Positions 24,665-38,639 are shown, counted from the stretch's first letter. The stretch: DNA of 64,000 nucleotides from Harriotta raleighana (GCA_050575255.1 JBNZDD010013727.1:9262527-9326526), one strand, 5' to 3'. The notes: generated by a model from the sequence alone, not told the origin. Numbers and translations are program-made.

Positions 24665-26310
24665 AACACTGTACAAATTACATTTGTAAAGACATCCCAA
24701 GGTGCTGTCAGGGATTAGGACCAGAGCAGGAGGGAGGTGGAGGGGAATTGAGATCAAGAAGTGTGGAGCACAGAGGATTAGAGGGTGGCCGAAGGTATGG
24801 TTGAGGTGTGCCTTGAAGGAGGCAAGGGAAGGGGAGAGACAAAGTGAATGTGGGATGGAGTTTGAGAGGGTGGGGCAGAGAGGTTGAAGTCCCAACCACT
24901 GGTGGTGGAGCAGACCGGGCATGGGACATGAAGCTGGCTGGATTTGCTAAGTAAGGATGAGAATCTTGAACTCGATCCTCTGAGGGATGGAGAGCCAGTG
25001 GAACTGGATGATAGTGGGTGTGATGCGGTCAAGGAGTCTGGGGCAGGAGAGGACACAAGCTGCAAAGTTCTGGATGATCTGGAGCTTGTGGAGGTAAGGG
25101 TTGGGGAAAAAAATTGCATTTGTATAGCACCTCTCATATCAGGAGGACGTCCCAAGGTGCTGAACAGTTAGTGTTTCGGACCCGAACTGGGGACGGAATT
25201 GGGAAGGATGGATGGAAGGGTGAAGAAAGGGGCTGACCAATGGCATGGTCAAAGAGGAGGGTCTTGAAGGCCAACAAGCAACAACAACAACTTTATATAG
25301 CGCCCGGCACGCAGGGGCCATTTCAAAGTGCTTCACAGTGGTGGAGCCCAAGGTCGAGCCGGGGGAGGGGGAAGATGACTGTAAGTATGGTTGAAGAGAA
25401 AGATGTTCAGGTGTGACCTTGGATGATGAAGTATTGGAAACGGTGGCAAGATGAAGGGGTTGAGGGAGGGAGTTTCAAAATTTTGGGCATAGTGGCTGAA
25501 AGCTCGGTCACTGATGATGGAGTGGAGGATTCAAGGCACAAGGAGGAGGCCTTACCCAGTAGAGCGGAGAGCGCGTGTACTGCTGTGAGGATTGAGTAGA
25601 TAAGAGAGGGAGGTGGGTGCGGAGAATTAGAGGGATTTAAAAACAAGAGTGAGGATCTTGAAGTCAATTCACTCTGTGACACAGAACCAGTGCAGTTTGG
25701 CAAGGGCTGTGATAATTGGGATACGAAGTTTGGTGCGGGTGAGAATGCGCATGCAGAGTTTTGTATGAGCTGACTTTTGTGGATGCTGGAGGAGGGGAGA
25801 CCAACATGGAAGGCGTTAGAGTAAGCAGGGCATTGGCATAGCCAAGCCTGGATGTAATGAAGACATGTACAACAACAACAACAACAAAATTACATTTGTA
25901 TAGCATCTTTCATGTCGGGAGGATGTCTCAAGGCGCTGGACAGTTAATGTTTTGGACCTGAGCTAGATATGGGATTGGTGAGAGTAGAGGGAAGAGGGGA
26001 GGAGGGCTGATGAATGGCATGGTCAAAGAAGAAGGTCTTGAGGTGAGACTTAAAGCAGGCTATGGAGGGGGCGAGGTGGATGAATTGTAGAATGGAATTC
26101 CAAAGGTTGGGAGCACAGTGGCTGAAGGCTCACCTAGTTGGGCGGGAGGGTCAGGGGATGTGGAGCAGGCCAGAGCCCACTGAGTGGAGGGAACGTATAG
26201 GTTGGTAGGGGTTAGTCAGAGGTAGGGGGAGGCAAGGCCATGGAGGGCTTTAAAGGTGAGGACCAGGATCTTGAATTGAATCCTACATGTAATAGGAAGT
26301 CAGAGGAGTC
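24665..26310 (-). mobile_element. Cluster of at least four nested 5'-truncated L2 3' ends
   Basis: Separate tails start at about 24670, 25110, 25273 and 25869; peptides include FITSRLGYANALL and FKAHL. Confidence 0.85.
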
Positions 26311-28066
26311 GGGTGAGGATGGGAGTGGGGGGCGCGGGGGTGGGGGAGGGGGAATGGGGGGGAATAGGTGTACCAGGGGGACTTGTGGGAGTGGAAAGTG
26401 GTTAGGGGAGTTGATGGGGATAAAGGTGTTGAGAATAATAAACAAATTTGTGGGAGGGCTGTGGACTGTGGCAGTCCACCATTTATATAACTTTCCCAGC
26501 AAAAAAAATGCTAGGAACGATTGAAAGATGTTGAAACAGCTGCAACAACACTTATATAGCGCTCTTCACAAGGGGTAGAGTCTCACAGCAGTTAACGGTG
26601 GTGGAATCTTATGTCGATCCAGGGAGAAGGAGAAGCTGATTGTAAGCACGGTTGAAGAGGAAGATCTTCTGGCATGATCTAAAAAAACAGAAGTAGGGGG
26701 CAAGATGGAAGAATTGAGGGAGAGAGTTTCAAAGTTTCGGGGCATTGTGACTGAAAGCTATTGGCCTGTATCTCATGTTTCAGTGACTTTGCAATTCAAT
26801 ACTGGCTGGTAACTGGCNGAGCGGAGAGCGCGTGTACTGCTGTGAGGATTGAGTAGATAAGAGAGGGAGGTGGGTGCGGAGAATTAGAGGGATTTAAAAA
26901 CAAGAGTGAGGATCTTGAAGTCAATTCACTCTGTGACACAGAACCAGTGCAGTTTGGCAAGGGCTGTGATAATTGGGATACGAAGTTTGGTGCGGGTGAG
27001 AATGCGCATGCAGAGTTTTGTATGAGCTGACTTTTGTGGATGCTGGAGGAGGGGAGACCAACATGGAAGGCGTTAGAGTAAGCAGGGCATTGGCATAGCC
27101 AAGCCTGGATGTAATGAAGACATGTACAACAACAACAACAACAAAATTACATTTGTATAGCATCTTTCATGTCGGGAGGATGTCTCAAGGCGCTGGACAG
27201 TTAATGTTTTGGACCTGAGCTAGATATGGGATTGGTGAGAGTAGAGGGAAGAGGGGAGGAGGGCTGATGAATGGCATGGTCAAAGAAGAAGGTCTTGAGG
27301 TGAGACTTAAAGCAGGCTATGGAGGGGGCGAGGTGGATGAATTGTAGAATGGAATTCCAAATGTTGGGAACACAGTGGCTGAAGGCTCACCTAGTTGGGC
27401 GGGAGGGTCAGGGGATGTGGAGCAGGCCAGAGCCCACTGAGTGGAGGGAACGTATAGGTTGGTAGGGGTTAGTCAGAGGTAGGGGGAGGCAAGGCCATGG
27501 AGGGCTTTAAAGGTGAGGACCAGGATCTTGAATTGAATCCTACATGTAATAGGAAGTCAGAGGAGTCGGGTGAGGATGGGAGTGGGGGGGGTGGGGGAGG
27601 GGGAATGGGGGGGAATAGGTGTACCAGGGGGACTTGTGGGAGTGGAAAGCGGTTAGGGGAGTTGATGGGGATAAAGGTGTTGAGAATAATAAACAAATTT
27701 GTTGGAGGGCTGTGGACTGTGGCAGTCCACCATTTATATAACTTTCCCAGCAAAAAAAATGCTAGGAACGATTGAAAGATGTTGAAACAGCTGCAACAAC
27801 ACTTATATAGCGCTCTTCACAAGGGGTAGAGTCTCACAGCAGTTAACGGTGGTGGAATCTTATGTCGATCCAGGGAGAAGGAGAAGCTGATTGTAAGCAC
27901 GGTTGAAGAGGAAGATCTTCTGGCATGATCTAAAAAAACAGAAGTAGGGGGCAAGATGGAAGAATTGAGGGAGAGAGTTTCAAAGTTTCGGGGCATTGTG
28001 ACTGAAAGCTATTGGCTGTATCTCATGTTTCAGTGACTTTGCAATTCAATACTGGCTGATAACTGG
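25562..28066. repeat. About 1.25-kb direct duplication joined at n26818
   Basis: 25562-26816 is nearly identical to 26819-28066 with a few SNPs and indels; the ORFs are duplicated in the track. Confidence 0.95.
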
Positions 28067-29027
28067 TTATTCAGCCAGCACTGAATGTTATAGTCCTAAC
28101 ACCTCTTGCACAGTCTCCAGGACTGAAAAGGTTGTCAATCAGTGCTTCCTGATGGAAAAATCTACTGATATTAGCCAACTGACTCATTGCCAAGTCTCAA
28201 AATGCCAGGTCGCTTGGTGCTGTAGGAAGATAAAACATTAAAGGTGTCTGACCAGTAAGCATTTTTTTGGATGGGTAGAGTGGTATTCACTTCTGCAATA
28301 ACAATCACGTTGATCTGTTTGTGAATTTAAAAACCTCAAATTTACTGTGTAAATATGGGAAAATGTATTAAGCCTTTGTAATTCATGAAATAAATTGTCT
28401 GCAGCTTTCAGTTATTTATCCCCTGATCCATTTGCTTTTAGTTATGGATATCTTTGTGAGCAGAGTTTCAACCCAAATCTTTGATAATCTTTGTTTCCTG
28501 GAGACTTTGTTTCTGACACGTTTATCTTTTACTTTGGAGAAATGATTTTTGCCGGTGTTCTGGCCAACAATCCACCAGATAAAGTTGTCATTCCCTTCAT
28601 GGCTGTTAGTGGGACAGTACTGTATGGAAATTGGCTGCAGAGCTCATCCACAAAGTACATAGTCCTCTTATTCCACAATTAAATCTATTACTGTGAGACA
28701 TTTTGATGACATGATGAGGCACTTTATCAAATGCCAGGTATAGAGGCTATTACCTAATGGAATTGCAGCATCTTGCATAAAACCACCTTTCTATATGATA
28801 CAGCTCAGAAACAAGCCATTCTGTCTATCCAGTCTGGCTTTTACACTCCACACTAGTGCCTAATCTCAATCCTATCTACTTCTTTATTTATCTCTTCACA
28901 TTCATAAGCCTCTCAAATATGGCCATGGTCTTATCCAATATGGGATCCTTTCCATTTCTTTTGAAAGGCCCTTTAAGAGACAAAGAAGTGAGAGTTCCTG
29001 CATTGTATGTGGAGTAGTTGTCAGGCT

Positions 29028-29335
29028 ATAGAAACAAAGAAACAAGAGTAGGCCATTCAGCCACCAAGCCTGTTTAGTCATTTTATAAGACCATGACTGA
29101 TCTGTACCTCAAATCCAATTACCCACCTTTGCCCCACATGCCTTAATAACCCTGTCCAACAAATATCTATTCCACCTCAGTCTTGAGGATGTGAATGGAT
29201 CCAACATCCACAGATTTCCATTACCCTTTGGGTGAAAAACTGCCTGCAATTTCACTTTTAAATGATTGAGCTTTAATTTTAAAATTATGCCCCCTTGTTC
29301 TAGATTCTGCTACCAAACAAAATAGTTTACTTGTA
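29028..29335 (-). mobile_element. CR1 3' end
   Basis: atagaaacaaagaaacaagagtaggccattcagcc..ccatgactgatctgtacctc; similar to 4518-4897. Confidence 0.8.
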
Positions 29336-30164
29336 CATCACAATGTCCTTTCCTAGGAGAATGCATTGTAAAAAAGAGTTCTACATTATAATTTTTAAAA
29401 ATTATTCATAATTCAACATTGTATCACCATTTCTGACTTTCCTCTGGGACAGAGCATGTTTTGTTAATTCTCTTACCTCGATTCTTTATTCAGTGCTTGA
29501 TCTTTTGTATTTTAAGCTTCCTTCAGTCTCCAAATGCAGTCTGGTCAGATTTATTCTTCACTCTCACAAATGATATCTATCCAGGGTCCATGAAGACTCC
29601 ATTTTCTTCAGTGAGGTCGTCTCTTGACTTGGATGCCCATAATTTTGTTATTCCCATACTTGTTTTTTTAACATGGAATTCTAAGACACAGTAAATTTAT
29701 TTTATTTATTGCTACAATGTTTTTACAGATTTTGACTCCGTCTATACATACTTACCCACACACTGATGAAACGTTCCTGTGGAGCCTGCACTTTATCCAT
29801 TCGAAATACTGTTTACATAGTTTTCATTAAATTATATATTCAACTATTATAAAACAGTTGTCTTCACAAACCTATATCTTCCTAACTTCAGATGTGACTT
29901 GGGCGCCAAATGGTTAAGAAATATTCACTAAATCTTTCATTTAACATTTGCTTCTCCGATAGTCACTGGAGTCACTAGTCACTTATCAAATATATATTTC
30001 AGTTTTCCAGAAAGAAGAAAAATATGCTTCATTACTTGTTATACAACAATCGATCCCTGCCACCCCTGTGGTCTCAGCCCAAAGGAGCACCTGAAGATTT
30101 CTCAGTTCTGAGGATGCTGTTGATCATGGAAATCACACCTTGAGTGAAGCTAAAAGCTTAATTT

Positions 30165-30625
30165 GCGTTCTGTGAAGCAATACTCAAACGTAGCCTCTAA
30201 GTGTCCAAAACAAACACATTGAATCCACAGTTGCCAAGGTAACACTCCTTATTTTCAAACTGGGAATAGAGTGCGTTGTCCATCCGACAAGACAAAACAT
30301 TAATCCTTGGTTCCATCTGCTTGTTCAGGTGGATTTTAAAGAACACTCTTTGAAAAAGATAAAGGAACTTCACCTAGTGCCTTTGGACATCCTTCCTATG
30401 TGAAAGGTGCTATTCAGATATAATTTTGTTGTTGTTGTTGCTCTGGCTCACAATCCACTGGATAAAATTGGTCATTCACTTAAAAATTGTTTGACATTAC
30501 TTTGTGAAATTTGGCTGCCACTTCAGCATACAAAATACACAGTCACTACACTTTACAAAGTGAAGCATTTTTAAAAATGTTTCTTTAATAAAAAGCTTTA
30601 TATCAAATGCAAAGATTATTAGTAT
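30165..30625 (+). mobile_element. Old Deu-SINE with an L2 tail inserted at about 30377-30441
   Basis: tctgcttgttcaggtggattttaaaga..; the L2 tail ends (TTG)n; the SINE resumes with aaattggtcattca..atcaaatgcaaagattatt. Confidence 0.65.
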
Positions 30626-33502
30626 GGTTGATCTATTTGTAGAAATTGTCTACACTTTAAATTTCCAACAGAAAATGCATTGGAATTCTCAATTTGCAGA
30701 TCGATTCTGTTGGGAAAATAAATCAATTCTAGAGATGGTGATGTTTGTTGGAACTTGACTCAGTTATGGACAGTAATTCACCATGGCATTTGTCCAGCCA
30801 GAGAACTACTGCCTTACGATAAATTCAGACTGAATACTCACAAGTACACATAGTCTGATTTTAGCAAGTATTTCAGTGTTCATAACATTTATTTAGTTGT
30901 ATACAATAAAATAATCAGACATCAATCTCTGTTGAATATCAAACAATGTTAACTGAACAGTTTTCAGCAATCAAGTTAAGAGCAATGACTTCTGATCAGG
31001 AACTGAACTTCCAAACCCATTAATAGACAAATGCTGGAATTTCCATATTAAACTGATTCTTATGGGTTCTTTTCTACATTGATCTGGCATTTTTTCCTTT
31101 ACTGTTTTTTTCTTGCCAGCTCTGGAGCTCTTGATGCAGTTGAGCATAGCGGTAAAAATCAATAAGACCGATGAATCTGGAACCTCTGCATTCCCTTCTT
31201 CATGCACTAATGACCTTGCTGCCTGCACATTATGAGATCATTTAGTGCTGTAGGGCTCCCTTTACGTGAATGGCATCTTAAATTCACCAAACCATGGGCA
31301 GCACGGGCTTCTTGGTAGAAAATTGTATCATTTCCTACATTCAGCAGACAGACAACTGAACCGTAATATTTTTCTGAATAGTTCTCAGCAATGGGAAATA
31401 CAGCCCTCTGTAGACTTCAAGCTAAATTATATGCTATTGGACAGTTGTGATTTGAAGTAACACTAAGTTAGACATTTATGTCGGTCCCTGCTCACAATCA
31501 ACTCTGCAATTGTCGACAGGATCAATTTTTTAAAGTTCATATTTCGTATTTGCTTATATTTGACAAGAACAAATGCATGAAAAGATTTTCCTAAGTAAAC
31601 TGGAGCCAGTCTTATTTGGGGTCATCTGGATTAACGAGAGCATTTTTAAGGTATGTATTTGTTGATGAGAACATCAAAGTCAGAGAATTTAATTTAAGTG
31701 AATAGAATTAAAAATATCAATCTTCAGATTATGCAGTAGAAACAATTATTCAGTTTAATTAATACATTAATGATAGAACATAAGTGATTTTTTGTTACTG
31801 ACATTTATTAATTTAGTTATTAATAGGAATTAACTGTGGGATCTTTGAGCTAAGATATGCAGAAAATTGAAATATATCTCTGTGGCAAGAACATAAAATA
31901 TTTCTTCATGGTTAATTTATCGTGTAATTGCAAGCTATATTAAGAAACTAATAAGTGTTCTGTAATAGTATTACTAATATCACAATTCAGGTTAACAAAG
32001 TAAAAGATAAACAAAGCTGTTATATTTTCATTAAATATAACAATCTGCAAAAACAGTAATTGTGCACATCTTCAAATAGTCAATTAACACATTTTAAAAA
32101 GAATCAGGAGCAAAAGTTGGGTTACAAACTGTTGTATAAATAGTCCAGATTTAACAATGGTGGAAGTAAACCATCTCCCCTCTAATATTTATTTAATTTT
32201 ATTCTCATTGTTGTTTGTCAAAAGGCATTTTTATTTTGGGGTGCAGCAGATATATTGTGTTTCACTTCTTGCAGTGTCACCTCTACCCAAACAGATATTG
32301 AAATCTCTACCAACGCTAATCATGAAAAATGTCCATCGCATTTCTTGCTATCAGTTATTGCCAGACAAAATTGACTAAAACAGTAATAGATTCAATTACT
32401 GTCAGAGGTAATCACTCCTATCTAGACCAACATATTTAAACAGATTGCAGCAGCACATGATCACAGTGAGGGCTATTTGCTGCCTTCATATTTGTTTGTG
32501 TGAGAAGACCTTGAGCTTGAAAATATATGGAAATCGCCAACACTGACCATATAGTGACATTAACACAGCATTATAATTGTGCTAATTTCAGATAAGAACA
32601 ATCTAGATTATACACAGAAATTAAAGACCAGATCATTGATCAAACTATACCTTTCAGGTGATCAAACTATACCCCCGATTTTCAAAAATCTTGAAGCTTG
32701 GGATGAGACTTTTTGGGGCATGTGGTTCTGCTTACAAAGAAACACCAGTTTGGGGTAGAAATCCATTTACTCTATGTATCATTTTAGATGTCCAGAATTT
32801 GGTGAATTGTTGAATTAAAATAATTTACAGATAACTTCAGAACTAAGGCTGTGTTTATGATTTTGACAAATTGTGGTAGTTCTTGGAATATATCAATACA
32901 AATTGTAGGAAAGATCTAATATATAAAAGTATACAACATCAGCAAATTGCACTTATATAGCATTGTCCACGCAGCCTGGTATTCTTAAACAACAAACAAC
33001 AACAAAACTACATTTATAAAGCGCCTTTCATGTTGGGAGGATGGCTCAAAGTATATTACATACAGTAAAATACAGTATATGAAAGATACAGGCATATAGG
33101 GATACGGTAGGACAGTGAGACTGAAAGAACACCATGCTCTGAGAGTGGGTACAGATTCAATAAGCCACCTGGCATCCTGTAAATTTCTATAATTCTAGGA
33201 CCCTTTTAAAAACAAATTAGCTCTCTGTATAAATTATCTTCACTGTCCATTAGATGAGCTAACAACTCTGTTCCATACGATTCAATGATGATCTGATAAT
33301 ATTACCTGTGATTTTGCCAAATATTTTGGACAAACCCCAACTTCAGCACAATGAAATTCTGCAGCGAGCACTATTGAAGCGGTCACCCCTCTCAGAACAT
33401 TGGCTTCACTCAATTTTGAAGTGGCACTCAGACATGAGGGGAGAGGGTGGGTGGTGGGGGGAAGGGGGCAATTTTCAACTATTTTTGTTATATGATGTCT
33501 CA

Positions 33503-33722
33503 TAATAATATTCCTTGCATTTGTTATAGAGTTTTTCACGTCTTCTAAAGTGCTTCACAGAATATACTGTAAATTGAATTGACTGTATATATGTGGGCAA
33601 AACACAACAGCCAATTGTGCACTGCAGTGTCCCACAAATAGTCATGGATTAAAATGACCAATTTCAGGGGGAGGGATTATTATTAGGTGTATGGAGTAAG
33701 GAAACTTGCCCAAGGTTTTTCA
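33503..33722 (-). mobile_element. Young SINE, head truncated
   Basis: Matches 17634-17885. Confidence 0.85.
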
Positions 33723-33844
33723 CTCCTATATTTAACAGAATCTATGTCTACTTCTGTTACTGATAGAAAGACTTGAAACCAATGTTATTATCAGAATGAG
33801 TCACATCTTTTATTGATAACAATAATCCTTGCATTTGACATCTT

Positions 33845-34283
33845 AAATTTGAATTCAAGATCCTCGTCCTCACCTTCAAGGCCATTCACGGCCTTCTTCC
33901 GCCTTGCTCTCTGACCTGCTGTCTCCCTATCAGCCTGCCCGCACCCTCCATTCAGCAAACTCAGGCCTGCTCCGCATCCACCACCCTAACCGCCCAACCC
34001 TCGGCAGCCAGGCTTTCAGCCTCTCTGCCCCCACACTTTGGAATTCCATCCCGCAGCTCCTCCACCTTACTTCTTCCCTTTCCTCCTTCAAGGCCAGTTT
34101 CAAGACCTTCCTCTTCGACCAGGTCTTCGCTCCTCCCCCAACTCTTCCCCCTCTCCCATTCTCCTTCATCTTTCCCTACCCCTGACCCTCCCCCACTGCT
34201 CGGGGCCAACCTGACTGTTCAGCGCTTTGGGACGTCTTCCGGATATGAAAGGCGCTATACAAGTGTAATTTTGTTGTTGCTGT
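33845..34283 (+). mobile_element. 5'-truncated L2 3' end inserted into a minus-strand SINE tail
   Basis: Encodes EFKILVLTFKAIHG and [29 protein letters not shown]; the SINE tail is split at about 33820-33840 and 34285-34345. Confidence 0.9.
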
Positions 34284-34539
34284 TAAAAGCGCTTCACAGA
34301 ATATGCTGGAAAGTGAATTGACTGTATATTTTGTGAGCTAAATGTAGTTAAATTTGGAATTGACTGCACCTTCTGGTGAATTAATTTGAAAAGGTAAAAT
34401 CTATTGTAGGATGTGCATCTAACAATATTCCGCTCTATTAAAGAAAGGCAATAAGAACCAGCCTGAAAATTCCTAATGGGCTGCATCAAGATGCCATTTC
34501 AATTAATAATTGGGAATTGCTGTGGTGCCCCAAAGCAAA

Positions 34540-35000
34540 AGGAAGAAATTGGTGGGAAATTATTCAAGCAGAGGAAAGCACTGGAGAAAGGCAGAAAAAT
34601 AATAATTATGGGCAATTTTAATTACTGCAATTGAGAGGCAGGATGATGGGATCTTTCAAAATAAAGAGGTCATTTTTTTGAGAGCTAATGTTGTCTGATA
34701 CAGCCTGTTAAAATTGAAACTGAAATAAACAGAAAAAAAGTTTTGTCCACATAATAGTCAATTCACTTTACAGTATATACTGTGGAAGCGCTTTGAGAAG
34801 TTTAAATGACATGATTAGGAGGTGTATCAAATCCAAGGATTATTATTATTATACTGTATACAGTACTCAATTTGAGTGTTATGATTTAATGACTGAGGAG
34901 CACAAGGATCAAATTGTTATTCATCAAATATGCAGGTAAGTAAGAATTGACAAAGAGGAATTGGGAAGTAAAGCGGGCAAATATCGTTTGTTGTCACTCA
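34540..35000 (+). mobile_element. Very old CR1 ORF2 remnants, interrupted by a SINE tail
   Basis: ataataattatgggcaattttaattac translates IIIMGNFNY (GDFN-like); gcgggcaaatatcgtttgttgtcactc translates AGKYRLLSL (GNYRPVSL-like). Confidence 0.45.
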
Positions 35001-35064
35001 GAGTGTAGATTAAACCAAGTGGTGAAATAGGACTGCAGCACAGTATTATTTTTATATTTATTTA

Positions 35065-35350
35065 TATATTATATTTATATAGCGCCTTTCACGTCAGGAG
35101 GACGTCCCAAGGCGCTGTACAGTCAAGTGGGGGGAGGGGTCGGGGGAAGAAAAGCAGGAAAATACTGACTGTATATTTGTGGGCGAAACGCGGCAGCCAA
35201 ATTGCGCACAGCAGTGTCCCACAAACAGTCATGGAAGCGAGAGGGCCAGGGATGAAAGGGGAAAAGAGGGCAAGGGGAGGGGTTGGGGTAGGAGGAAGAG
35301 AGAAGGAAAACCAGGTGTATATCTGGGGAGAAATAGGGTTTATACCGCAC
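35065..35350 (-). mobile_element. L2-type tail with an embedded SINE Deu-segment (35165-35233)
   Basis: tatagcgcctttcacgtcaggaggacgtcccaaggcgctg followed by gactgtatatttgtgggcgaaacgcggcagccaaattgcgcacagcagtgtccc. Confidence 0.75.
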
Positions 35351-36214
35351 TGGACACAGAAAAGAGAGAGGCAGACACTCAAACAATATATCGCAAAGGT
35401 GATTATTATTAGAGCATTGATATCCCCCACTATGACACCTGTCACCAATAAAACTCCATGAAGGTGAAATAAAAGCAACACCACAAAGTCTGTGCATATC
35501 ATATAGAATAATGCAAGTCAAGATGTCTTTCAAGGATATAAAGTCAAGCATTTGGCAGCGCATCAATACAGGTCGAAATGGAATGTATCCGACAATGCTG
35601 GACTGGAACAAGCACAGAGATGATGAGTGGAGTGTTTGTAATTATGTGCTTAGTGGACATAGGAATGATAATCATGTGCAATACCCTGCTGTGTTTTGTT
35701 CACAAAATATACAGACAACTAATTTTAGAGTTTATTCTCTAAAGCGTTTGAGACGTCTCAGAGATGTGATACATAAAATGTGAGGATTCTTATTACTGTA
35801 TTATTATAATCAGAGAGAAGGTGGACAACTAATTAGATACTCTTTAGATGTCTGTAGCTTCAGGGGATTCTGTATTACCCCAAATTTAACTTTGAAATTT
35901 CAAACATTGAACAGTGCACATTGATACAATGAAAGTAACCAAAATATTATGGTAATAAAGCTTTTGAGATACCTGCTGTCATTTTATATCTGTGCCATCA
36001 TTAACATGTAGAATTAAAAATAATGCAAGGTATAAAAATGTTTGTTTGATAGAACGTTATTTCTAACCTGTCTCCAATTTATCATTCTTCACTGCAGTGT
36101 CCTGGGCAACAATGTCTCCAGAGAAAACTGGCCATTCACTTCAAGGGTGTTTGAGGGACATTGCTGTCTGAAATTCCTTTTTTATTTATCTACAAAATAC
36201 ATTTTGTACTTGGT

Positions 36215-36500
36215 GTAGTTGAGCGGGAATGTGATGGCTGCCATCAGGGATCTTGAGGGTGAGGTAATGGCAGAGTCAGGCAATATTGCAGAGGTGAGTG
36301 AAGACAGTTGAGGATTGAACAAGACATCTAAGTTCCTGACTGGCTTAATGAGGTTGGGGCTTGTTGAATGTTTCTGGTGTTCATGAAATGTTTGCGNCAG
36401 TTGAGGATTGAACAAGACACCTAAGTTCCTGACTGGCTTGATGAGGTTGGGGCTTGTTGAATGTTTCTGGTGTTCATGAAATGTTTGCGTTGGCCGGGCA
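36215..36500 (-). mobile_element. L2 ORF2 fragment
   Basis: Encodes PVRNLDVLFNPQLS, compared with L2 VRNLGVxFDxxLS. Confidence 0.65.
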
Positions 36501-37099
36501 TGTCAATAGCTTCAGCCCAAGCTTTTTTTCTGGCATATGGCAGTTCTATGTATAAGTATGTTAAAGAAGGTTTTGGAGCAGAACTGGGGCCATATGGTCT
36601 GTTCCTGTATTTTCTTGGAACCAGGGCGTACTGTAAAATTCCACTGAGGTGATGTAGCCCTTAAAAATGGAACACTTCCTGAACTTAATTGAATTCAACT
36701 ATGATATCATTGTGTGAGCTGCAGCCAATATCCTAACAAATAAAGAAAAAGAACACAAGCCACACGTCCCAATTCCCATGGGACGAAGCAATTAAAAAAA
36801 AAAAATTTTGGGTGGAGGGAGAAATGAAAGCTATGGCTGTGTATGATTGTTTGCATTTTGTTTTCTCATTCCTTAGAGGTGATTTGGGTTAGTAACATGT
36901 TAAGGATGTTAGTGCAGAAGAAATTGTGCTACTTCAAAGCTTTACTTCCCTTGTATTTTGACAGGAAAAATGGAGCTCCCCTTTTAGATATTATCCCTGC
37001 AAATATTTCCCAAGCTTTGTTGCTGAACATATTTTCTGGACTGAATTGAACTTCTGGAATAAAACCATAAGGCCCCAGCAGTGTCCCCATTTCATAAAT

Positions 37100-37480
37100 T
37101 TATTGGTGGGGTCAGCTGGGTGTCTAACACATGCGGAAACCCATCATCATGCTTAAGAGTATCCAAACATAGCTGTAAATTCCATGCATCCCACCTACAT
37201 GTGGAAATCTCAGAGATAGATTGTTGGAATGGAATGCACGCTCATTCCATGGAGGGATGCATCCTGTTTACCTAATTCCAGAAAATATTAGGTGCAGGTA
37301 GGTAAGATCCAAGGCTTGGGGATCCCAGAGTGTATGGTGGGGTACTGCTGGAGTCCAACCTGCTAACACCAAATAGCCTGTCATTGATATTGCTATATAG
37401 CAAACATTCCTGCTGCTTATCCAGCTGGGACTATCCTTCCATCCTTTGCAGTAGGGCTTTTGTTTGCAGGGTTAACAGGA
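37100..37480. repeat. Unclassified dispersed repeat, copy 1
   Basis: Shares agctgg..tgtct.acacatg.ggaa.cccatca.catgcttaagagtatc with 55540-55710 and aligns with 63530-63790. Confidence 0.7.
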
Positions 37481-38532
37481 GCTGAGTGGGATGTCTCAAA
37501 GCAGTTCACAGGATTTACTATGAAATACAGTATCATGAATATATCTATATCTGTGCAGGTAAACAAGGTAATTTATTTATGCACAGCAATGCTCCACAAA
37601 CAGTTATATGAGCTTCATCTTACCCATTCTAGCTTCTGTATACTCTCTCCTCCAACAGTGATCAATAAATAATCAAAAACAACAATAATATAGCACCTTT
37701 CATTACATTAATTACCTCTGAAGTATGCCTCAAAATGCTCACAGGATGCACAGTGAAGTATAGTTTGTTAGGAAAATATCTGATAAGACCTTTGAATATT
37801 CATTCATCTTACCACTTTCAGCTTTGGTCTCCTTAGTTATCATTCTCTATCTCCACCTCAGGTCCAGCAAATCATTGAGCGCTTTGGAGTAATTATTTAA
37901 GTCTACATGTATTCCTATTTACTTCAATACTGTTCTCAAGTAGATATTTATCATCAAATGAAGTTATAGATGAGGAATCAAGCACTCTTGTTGTAAGCCT
38001 GTTCCACATACAGTATTCACTACTTTGTGGGGGAAACAGAAAACACATATTGTCTAAATTCTAGTCTGATTTGAAGATTTTTTAAAATTGTAAACATATG
38101 GTCTCTAGTTCTAACCTCATGGTCTAAGTCAAATAGCCAGCTTACATTTAGCTCTCGTTATTTTAAAGACCTGTATCATGTTTCCCCTCATTCTCTGTTT
38201 TCTCTATTGAAAACTTTTAGCTTCAAGAGACTCTCGCCATACATTAGAGCACTGATCCCCAAATCAACCTTGATCTGCACCACTCTTAAATTAACTTGCA
38301 GCTCAGGCTCCGAGCTGCAATGTGACATGTGTCATTGTGTGAAGCGCTTTGAGACATCATAGTGATGCGAAAGACTATGCAAATGTGAATTGTTGCAGTT
38401 GCTTTTCTCTGAAACATTTCCTTTCACCAGTTTTCCTTTGAAGCCAGAGGCTCGTACATGTTCAGAAACAATGTTTAAGGGCAAATGCAATTGTAAAATT
38501 GCATGTCACCTTCTTTAAGAGAGGACAATTGT

Positions 38533-38617
38533 ATGTGTGTGAGAAAGATAGATAGATAGACAGACAGACAGAGAGAGAGATCGAGAGATAAATAGAGATA
38601 GTATGTGTGAGAGAGAG
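38533..38617. repeat. Compound (GATA)/(GACA)/(GA) microsatellite
   Basis: Seen directly in the sequence. Confidence 0.9.
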
Positions 38618-38639
38618 ATTCACAGTGATAGAGGGAGAG

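Noticed and set aside
25562-28066. True tandem segmental duplication (also 46323-49569)
   Set aside because: Both are joined exactly at a single n, like seven other smaller cases, so an assembly overlap is more parsimonious
28113-28254. Plus-strand exon with AG/GT boundaries
   Set aside because: Stop codons in all three frames
29476-29660. Minus-strand exon ending at GAG|gtaaga
   Set aside because: All three frames hit stops shortly upstream of the donor
30971-31228. 85-aa minus-strand ORF as an exon
   Set aside because: No recognisable homology and no suitable donor site before the stop
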